From NCBI RefSeq assembly GCF_001194135.2, contig NC_068990.1:57408157-57451220 (forward strand): a stretch of DNA of 43,064 nt, written 5' to 3'. The notes beneath the pieces are model-generated. The model saw only the letters and a program-made list of their open reading frames with translations. It was not told the DNA's origin and searched no databases. This document shows, in pieces, positions 35,158-43,064 of the stretch (its first letter is position 1; the number at the start of each line of letters is the position of its first letter). This DNA is from Octopus bimaculoides. Lineage: Eukaryota. A program made the translations under genes and the position numbers.

Positions 35158-36885
35158 AAAGGACTGACTAATGATACATATAGTGATGGTGTCACAATAA
35201 AAACACTGGTAATTGTGCAACCTGATAATCACTACTTCATATGAGTGACAATGAAAAAACAAAATATTGTGAATAACAGGGGTAATGAAACTGAAGCCAA
35301 TGATGGTGACAGTGTTACACCTGGTAGGCTCAGAGATTCTAGTCCGGCTCCAGCCTGTCGATATCTAGAAAGGGACCACCACACACGGCATAGATGGAGC
35401 AAGCAAATTAATGCTGTGGTCATGGAGTGTTACTACCTGAGCAGCCTGGTAGATGAAAGTGGTTCTCAAATTAGGGGTTACCAACAACGTATGTATGATC
35501 ACTGGAAAGAAAAAGGATTGTTTCAACTCATGGAACAGAGACTGTGATCCAGCTAGAGCAATAAGGAAAAAAAAATTGTTGGTTCACAGAAGTAGAATTC
35601 AAAGCTATCAAAAGACGGCTCTTGGATAACGATGCAGCAAAGATAACGATGAAAATACATTTCTTACTAATAAGAGTAATCTCATAGCACAGGAAAGGAG
35701 CAGTGGTAGTTTACTTGATGAGAGACATATAGATGATCTAAAAGGAGACAACAAAACTAATGACGACATGACAGATGAACAAAAAGGCAATCTACGACAG
35801 AATCAAGGCAAGACTACAGGAGAACGATAGTGAGATTATTTGCAACCTTAAAAAGGTTGATTGATGGAAATTGAACCAAGAAACGAAAAATGTCAATGAA
35901 ATTCTGAAATACATTAGAACAAACAACATCACAGAAACAAATAATTTGATCAAGGCAGCAAGTATTGTTGTAGCAGAAAACGTGGCTGTTGGTATAAAAA
36001 AAAAGAAACATAATGGGAATGACAAAAGAAAAGATTCATGGTGGAAAAGAAGAAAGGGCCTGAAAGTAGTAATGGAGGAACTGAAACACTGCCTCATTGC
36101 AAAAAAAAGTAAAGATAGTAAGATACGACTGGAGAATGAAGGGTTACCACCAGAATAGGTTATTCAGAGTAGATCAGAAGAGATTCTATAAGAAATAAAT
36201 GGAGAGTGTACAGATGAAAAGTTGATACCAGATAACATTGAAAGTCAAAGGTTTTGGTGTGACATCTGGAGCAAGACAAGGAGCACAAGAAGAATGCTGA
36301 ATGGTTGCAAGAACTGAAATAAACAGTAGTCTGTCCAAAACAAGTAGAACTAGTCATTTCAGTTAGGGAAGTGAAGGAAATTAGCAAAAAAAATGAGCAA
36401 CTGGAAGGCTTCGGTACCAGATGGAGTTCAAGGCAACTAGATCAAAGATTTGGTGAATGTTATGCACGAATAGCTGCAAAACTCAACACCTTGTTAAATG
36501 CCGACCAAGTAACACCAGAGTGGTTGACATTGGGTAAAGACAGTGTTGTGCCCGAAAAACATTGAAAAAGGCAATACGGTAGACAATTACAGGCTGATAT
36601 CCTGTTTGCCACTTATGTGGAAGTTATTGACTGGAATACTTGCAGAGTCAATGTCCGAACATCTGGTAAAAAATGGAGTCCTGGCACATGAGCAGACGGG
36701 TTGCAAGCGTAAGTGCAGAGGTACCAAGGATCAACTCCTGATAGACAAAACTGTACTTAGAGACTGCAAGAGGAAGAAAAGTAACTTAGCCATGTCATGG
36801 ATCGACTATCGTAAGGCATATGATATGATCCTACATTCTTGGATTATGGAGTGTATGAACCTATTTGGTATTGCATAGAATGTTG
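35158..36885 (+). mobile_element. R4/Dong-like non-LTR retrotransposon, 5' part of the ORF into RT, degenerate
   Basis: RHRWSKQINAVVMECYY...[39 protein letters not shown]...[18 protein letters not shown]...HSWI; starts at an (AAT)n array; cut at ~36885 by an RTE tail. Confidence 0.85.
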
Positions 36886-37050
36886 AGCACCCTGTACACT
36901 CTGTAAAGTGGTTGGCATTAGGAAGGATATCCAGCTCTAGAAACCGCAACAAAACAAACAATAGAACCTGGTGCAGCTCCCAGTCTTACCAGCTCCTGTC
37001 ATACTATTGAACCCATGCCAGCATGGAAAATGGATGTTATATGATGATAA
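36886..37050 (+). mobile_element. RTE-type 3' tail fragment
   Basis: gtggttggcattaggaagg...aacccatgccagcatggaaaatggatgttatatgatgat. Confidence 0.75.
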
Positions 37051-37364
37051 GGATTTGAAGCTAGAGGCAGCAGCATAAGTGATAAAAACTTAGATAAAAC
37101 TTAGATATGTTTCGACAAAAGATTGGTCCAGGCCATGTCTAACTTAATAGCATCACCTGATGATAAATAATTTTGGAGGAGGAAACTGCTTTGATACTAA
37201 TGGCTTGAAAAAATCTTAAAGCTTTTACCAAAGAACACTGATGTTTACAAAATGTCTTATTTTGTTTTAAGGTTTGGGATAATGTTCTTCAATAAAATGG
37301 TTTCTGCTTTTGCAGAACTGAATTTTCTTTATTTTTCTGTTTCACACTTTTATTCATCATGTAG

Positions 37365-37416
37365 CTTCCCCAATGTTCTTCATGTATGATTTCATGCTGT
37401 ATATTCAACTACACTG
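37365..37416 (+). CDS. candidate 52-nt exon (SPMFFMYDFMLYIQLH, phase 1-2)
   Basis: Long pyrimidine tract plus catgtAG acceptor; donor CTG|GTAACT; phase compatible with the candidate exon at 38250. Confidence 0.3.
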
Positions 37417-37503
37417 GTAACTTATTTCATGTTAAATATGTAATATGCTTTTGCTTACATTATTTACAATTGACGGATATTTGTCCTCATCTTGTTTGTT
37501 GTT

Positions 37504-37549
37504 AACACAATATTTTGGCTGATATACCCTCCAGTCTTCATCAGGTGTC
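37504..37549 (-). ncRNA. decayed minimal type I hammerhead ribozyme
   Basis: GACAC-CTGATGA-A-GACTG-loop-CAGCC-AAAA-TATT-GTGTT: stems I and II pair; catalytic G12 is mutated to A. Confidence 0.65.
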
Positions 37550-37624
37550 TTGGGGAAATTTCGAACCTGAGTTCTCATTCCTAAGGTATTTTTCAACGTT
37601 ATTATTATTACTATTATTAATTAT

Positions 37625-37698
37625 GAGCATATGGCATAGTGGTTAAGAGCACTGGCTACTAACCCCAAGATTTCGAGTTCAATTCCAAGCAGTGACCT
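37625..37698 (+). promoter_or_regulatory. tRNA-derived Pol III internal promoter
   Basis: A box tggcatagtgg (37632-37642), anticodon-loop-like ctactaa (37656-37662), B box gttcaattcc (37677-37686); no complete cloverleaf. Confidence 0.7.
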
Positions 37699-37767
37699 GA
37701 ATAATAATAATAACAACAACATCGAAAAATACCTTACGAATGAGAACTCAGTTCGAAATTTCCCCAA

Positions 37768-37797
37768 GACACCTGATGAAGGCTGAAATGTTATGTT
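37768..37797 (+). ncRNA. decayed minimal hammerhead ribozyme with stem II deletion
   Basis: GACAC-CTGATGA-AGGCT-GAAA-TGTT-ATGTT: both core boxes intact, stem II loop and 3' strand lost. Confidence 0.6.
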
Positions 37798-38249
37798 AAC
37801 AACAAACAAAATGAGGATAAATATCTGTCAATTGTAAATAATGTACATAATTCCTCATCTCTTAAATATAGAACTGTATGCTTTTGTTTTACTCATGTTT
37901 TATTACTGCATTTATGCATGATATTTTCTCTGAAAATCACTGACTTTGTCAGATTTCGTTATTTACTTGTATTTTCATCTCTACTGATAGTTCATTGTAA
38001 TAAATTACTACTACTTTAGCTAAACTACATGTTTCCACTTGTAAATTACAGTAATAAATTAATTAAAAAGATTTTCCCAGCTATTCTTGTAGTTGCATGT
38101 TTTATTGAAATTCTTTACTGTTATAATGTCATATATAAACATTAAATATTTGATTGCTACAAAAAAAAAAATAATTCTAGTATTCCTCATTGCTAAAATC
38201 AAGGGGATGTGGTGTCTTACATGCCTGTAACTTATTTGATTACTATCAG

Positions 38250-38328
38250 GTGGAAGCAAAGAAAACTTAAAGAGATGTTGAACAAGTTACAGTACCCTTC
38301 TCTCAGAGACATCCCTACAAAAGTGAAT
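38250..38328 (+). CDS. candidate 79-nt coding exon (WKQRKLKEMLNKLQYPSLRDIPTKVN), host gene unknown
   Basis: Acceptor ttatttgattactatcAG; perfect GTAAGT donor; open frame with ordinary protein-like composition; not within a recognised repeat. Confidence 0.5.
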
Positions 38329-38929
38329 GTAAGTATTATTATATGCTCAATAATGAAAATATTTCATTGTGGAAGTAATAATAAAATGACTAATCCTAAA
38401 GTAATTAAAAATGAGATCAAATAAAGTAAAATTAAATCTATATACTGACCAGTTATGTAAATTCTAAGCTCAAATCTTAGTACATACCTAGTTGTAGGAT
38501 TTCAGAATGTATTTAAGGGAAACTTGCTGTTTTAGTATTTATTAATATCAATTAGGTAGAAGTCTATAAAAGACAGTGGTTGCCTTTAGCATAGATTCCT
38601 AATATGGAGAAGAGATATTTGCATTTGGGTATCAATATATAACATGTAAATAAGTTGCTACTTGTCCTTTCAAAAATTAGTTTTAACTAGAGTTTTGTGC
38701 ATCAGTGCAACTGTGAGTTTGACAAGAGCAGTACTAGGTGTAACAACATCATTTCCATACCAGGTGTCTTATTTAGCTGTAGCTGTGCTATGTAAAACTG
38801 ATAAAGCAAGAATAAAATTTTCAGTTGGTCGTGGTGAAATTTTATCTCATTTTAGAGAATGGTTATATAACAAACTATGTGGAAATCAAGCAATGCCATT
38901 AGTGTTGATATTTGTGATTAAGACTCTGC

Positions 38930-39157
38930 TTAACCCTTTAGCATTTAAACTGGCCATATCAGGCCTAAATACTCAAATCATTTCATGTTCAAAACACTCA
39001 GATCTGGCCTATCACACCTACCCTACAAAGTTGTTCTAGAAATAAACAATCCCATCGTCAAAATCTCGAAGTTACAAGATAATGCAGGTTTAATTCAAAG
39101 CGAAGCAAATAAACAAGATTTACATTTGACAGAATAATCTCAATGCTAAGAGGTTAA
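38930..39157. mobile_element. TTAA-flanked MITE, family 2, best-preserved left end
   Basis: ttaaccctttagcatt ... aatgctaagaggttaa. Confidence 0.85.
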
Positions 39158-39935
39158 AGTAAATTAAAAAAGGAAAAATTGCCTTTGAGAATACATTTCA
39201 TAGAAGCATTAACAAACTATGAGAAAGGTGTCCAACTGTGAATGAAGCCAGGTTTTTAGATGTGGCTTACCTGACAGTTTAGCTCAAGACTACACCATAG
39301 GGCTAAAAACATATAACAATGTCAATAACTGTAATCCTAGGTCAATAAGGGTGATTTCTACAACGGCTGCACTGTGTCAAAACCTCAACCCCTGTGTTAA
39401 TAATGCTGCAAGCAAAAATGTGTGACTGCATCAACCCCTTAATCTTTATGTCAATAAAACTAGCTGTCACCAATTTCCCCACTGTGTCAAAGCCCAATAA
39501 TTCTGTCAGATTCAGATGTGCTGTATCAGCAGCAACACTGCCTGCCTAGTATTTTGATCGATAAAACTGGCTGTCACAAATATATTTACTTTGTCAATGG
39601 ATTAACACTTATATTGCTGAGGGTAAGTTACACATAATATTATTGTTTTGTCCATGATGTAGCCTTAAACAGATTCTGTCTATGTTCTGGACCATTATTT
39701 CATTTCAACAATAGCTTTCACGCGTTATTACGCTAAATCAATAATATTCCTATTTAATATATTTTTAAGAACTTTAACAAGTTTTTTGTTTTTCAATATT
39801 TTAGGAAAGTTGCAAATTGATTGTAGATTAAGGATGTAAATCTGTGAATTTTGCTACTTTAGTCAGTTGGCTGCCACAAACAGCATACTAGTTGGTAATC
39901 ACTGGTATTTTATGTAGCATACCAGCTAGTATAAT

Positions 39936-40280
39936 TTGAAGGGGCATGGCTCAGTGCTTAGAGCATCAGGCTCACAATTGTGAGGCAGTGAGTTTGATTC
40001 CTGGACTGAGATGTGTGTTGTATTCTTGAGCAAGACACTTTATTTCCTGTTGCTCCAGTTCATTCAGTTGTAGAAATGAGTTGCAATGTCACTGGTGTCA
40101 AGCTGAATCAGCCTTTGCCTTTCCCTTGGATAACATAGGTGGCATGGAGAGGAGAAGCTGGTGGGCATGGGAAACTGCTGCTCTCCCATAAAACAGCCTT
40201 GCCCAGATTTGTGCCTAGGAGAGGAACTTTCTAGGTGCAATCCCATGGTCATTCATGACCGAAAGGTGTCTTTGTCCTTA
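39936..40280 (+). mobile_element. SINE variant E, full length
   Basis: tRNA-like head (tggctcagtg, gtttgattcc); flanked by the 10-bp repeat ctagtataat (39926-39935, 40281-40290). Confidence 0.82.
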
Positions 40281-40480
40281 CTAGTATAATGGTCAATTTA
40301 GAAGAAATAGCAGCCATTTGCTTGCTTTGCTTTCACTTTACCATCTTAAAAGAAGTAAAAATACCTTAGACCTTTGATAATATAACCTTAGATGCATAAT
40401 GCCTGACAGAAAAAAAATAAAAAGAGAAAAATGCCTTTCTGTTTTGGCCTTCTTGATCAGGAGTGACCTGTGGCTGAACA

Positions 40481-40992
40481 GTGGAGGCATGTGGCTCAGT
40501 GATTAAGGTGTTGGACTCATGATTGTAAGATTGTGGTTTTGATTTCTGGACTGGGTGATGTGTTATGTTCTTGAGCAAAATACTTTATTTCTTGTTTCTC
40601 CATTCCACTCATCTGGCAAAAATGAGTAATCCTATAATGGACCGGTATCCCATCTAGGTAGGGAATATATACACCACGAAACCAGGAAACTGGCTCTTCT
40701 GAGTTGGTGTGACTTGAGGTAAGTTTACTTGTGGAGGTGCATGACTTAGTGGTTAGGGTGTTGGATTCATGATCATAAGATTGCGGTTTCGATTCCTGTA
40801 CCGGGTAATGCATTGTGTTTTTGAACAAAACACTTCATTTCCCTTTACTCCAGTCCACTCAGCTGGCAAAAATGGGTAACCCTGTGATGGACTAGCATCT
40901 TATCCAGGTGAGAAATATATATGCCATGAAACTAGGAAACTGGCCTTTATAAGTCAGTATAACTTGAAAAGGAAACTTTTACTTTACTTTTT
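40481..40992 (+). mobile_element. head-to-tail pair of SINE D copies (40481-40730, 40731-40992)
   Basis: Both start gtggagg and end in tttactt; the pair is flanked by tgtggctgaaca and tgtggctaaaca. Confidence 0.85.
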
Positions 40993-41099
40993 TGTGGCTA
41001 AACAACATTATCAGGCACAGATTTGATATTTTTTTTAATAATTTAGGTTTGAAATTGATTCATGTAGTTGTCTCAGATATATCAGAGTGTTAGAAATGT

Positions 41100-41300
41100 G
41101 GTGAGTTAGCAGAATTCTTAGTGCATTGGTTAACATAAGCATTTCTTCTGGCTCCTTACATTCTGAACTCAAATTCAACTTCACATCTCATTCTTTCAGG
41201 ATCAGTAACAAAGTACCCAACAAATTCTGGGTCTGATGGTATCAGCTTATATTCTCCTCTAAAATTGCTGGCCTTGTGCCAAAATTAGAAATAATATTAA
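41100..41300 (+). mobile_element. SINE family B, old copy
   Basis: gagttagcagaattc head; tail ggccttgtgccaaaattagaaa. Confidence 0.65.
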
Positions 41301-41349
41301 AATGTCAGGGGTATAGTTGTTAAACTAATTATAGTAATTGTCTCTCTCT

Positions 41350-41384
<35 letters not shown>

Positions 41385-41385
<1 letters not shown>

Positions 41386-41612
41386 CAGCTGGCAGAAACG
41401 TTAGCACGCCGGGCGAAATGCTTAGCAGTATTTTGTCTGCCGCTACGTTCTGAGTTCAAATTCCGCTGAAGTCGACTTTGCCTTTCATCCTTTCGGGGTC
41501 GATTAAATAAGTACCAGTTACGCACTGGGGTCGATATAATTGACTTAATCTGTTTGTCTGTCTTTGTTTGTCCCCTCTGTGTGTAGCCCCTTGTGGGTAG
41601 TAAAGAAATAAC
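41385..41612 (+). mobile_element. SINE family B, young copy
   Basis: CpG-rich head gctggcagaaacgttagcacgccgggcg, B box gagttcaaatt, core gtcgactttgcctttcatcctttcggggtcgat. Confidence 0.9.
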
Positions 41613-42793
41613 ACACAAATGTACTACAAGTGTCTTATAGAGTTAACAGTTTAATTTTAAAACATTAGGAACAATTTGTAAGATATATCAGTATTGGTTA
41701 CTCCTTCACACAAACAACTGTAACTGCCTTAGGGATATTGTGTATCATAAAGAGCAACTACTTGAAATATGGTAACTGGATTAAAACTGTTATCTTAATA
41801 CAGTAGAAGCTGCTCATTGTGATCATCTGGGAGAGAACCCTTTAGCTAATACTAACTAGTTGATAACACTGAGCAGGAACTGGGTATTTTTGGTAATAAT
41901 GACCATTTGAGAACAAAGAAGCAGAGCCTGTGTTCATTTCTGGTCTACTATCACGTGTCCTATGTGACAGTCAGAGACACAAATTATGAAATATTTAAGC
42001 TGCAAATTTTGAACATTTACAAGAATTGTATTAATTCAGTTTTCACAGTAAATTTTGGCAACTCATTTAGGTTTGGAATTGATTAATGTAGCTGATTGAT
42101 TGATAACAACATTTATCAATTTCAAACCTAAATTAGTTTTTAGAATGTCAAATCTCTGTTAGTTTTGTTGTTTAGCCACAAGTCAGTCCTTATCAAGAAG
42201 ACCAAAAAAGAAAGGTATTCTTGCTTGAATGTTTTTTGTTTCCAAGCATCATGCATCTAAGATTACATTATCAAAGGTCTGTGGTATTTTTGCTCTTTCA
42301 TTTAAAAAGATGGTAAAGTGATAGAAATAGCAACCAAATGACTGCTATTTCTACTGGATTGAATATTATACTAGTTGATATGCAAAATGAATATACCAGT
42401 GATTATCAATTAGTAGGCTGTCTGTAACAGCCAACTGATTAAAGCAGCAAAATTCACAGATTTGCATCATTAAATAAAATTAAACACAAATTTGCAAGTA
42501 TCAAACAAAAATTTTTTGCATAGAATGTATGTCAAAATTTTTGTAAAGGATCAAAAAGTATGATGTATGTGACATTGTATAAAATAACTTTTTACACCTG
42601 AAAACATTAACAGCTAATTCTTTTGAATTTCTCCAGAACATCACTAAAAACTTCTTGATATTTATTCACATTGATTTAGAAATTTCAAAAAGTGCTAGTG
42701 AGTTGGCTGGACATTAATGTCTATTCAGAATTCTCATTAACTGGTGTGACATGCATGTCAAAAATGGATGCAACAAGACAAACATTTCCTCCT

Positions 42794-43064
42794 CATCATC
42801 GTTTAACGTCTGCCTTCCATGCTAGCATGGGTTGGACGATTTGACTGAGGACTGGTGAAACTGGATGGCAACACCAGGCTCCAATCTAATTTGGCAGAGT
42901 TTCTACAGCTGGATGCCCTTCCTAACGCCAACCACTCAGAGAGTGTAGTGGGTGCTTTTACGTGTCACCCGCACGAAAACGGCCACGCTCGAAATGGTGT
43001 CTTTTATGTGCCACCCGCACAAGAGCCAGTCCAGGGGCACTGGTAACGATCTCGCTCGAAAGAA
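42794..43064 (-). mobile_element. young RTE 3' end running off the window
   Basis: Near-identical reverse complement of 12505-12725. Confidence 0.92.

Larger units (their letters stand above)
37456..37876 (+). mobile_element. tRNA-headed, hammerhead-bearing Penelope-type non-autonomous insertion with inverted 5' arm
   Basis: TSD tatgcttttgct (37444-37455) and tatgcttttgtt (37877-37888); inverted arm 37456-~37620; tRNA-like head 37625-37698; direct arm ~37701-37845; 31-nt extension 37846-37876. Confidence 0.8.

Noticed and set aside
37625-37698. Functional tRNA gene
   Set aside because: A and B boxes are present but there is no acceptor stem or full cloverleaf; treated as a SINE head. The same applies to the heads of families A-E.
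1-43064. CRISPR array, prokaryotic operon or viral/defence locus
   Set aside because: No regularly spaced repeat-spacer array and no gene-dense region; the sequence is eukaryotic repeat-rich DNA.

Overview
AT-rich, repeat-saturated eukaryotic DNA from a gapped short-read-style assembly (four N gaps). The repeat families look like those of octopus or other coleoid cephalopods; this is an inference from memory, not from a search. There is no complete protein-coding gene, rRNA, intact tRNA or CRISPR array. Most entries in the ORF track are microsatellite or antisense-repeat artefacts. The window holds dozens of copies of about five tRNA-headed SINE families. It also holds RTE-clade LINE fragments (young 3' ends with GAT tails plus old relics), a 5' fragment of an R4/Dong-like element, an LTR plus gag of a Gypsy-like element, TTAA-flanked and hAT-type MITEs, and several Penelope-like (PLE) fragments. 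A few short + strand segments have splice signals and may be exons of an unidentified host gene (low confidence). The most notable object is a 421-bp insertion at 37456-37876 flanked by a 12-bp target-site duplication (11/12 match). It consists of an inverted arm, a tRNA-derived Pol III head, an (AAT)n linker and a direct arm with a 31-nt 3' extension. Each arm carries a decayed minimal hammerhead ribozyme, and the two arms' lesions largely complement each other. This is the architecture expected of a tRNA-promoter-driven, hammerhead-bearing, non-autonomous Penelope-type retroelement. All identities quoted were judged by eye and many boundaries are approximate.
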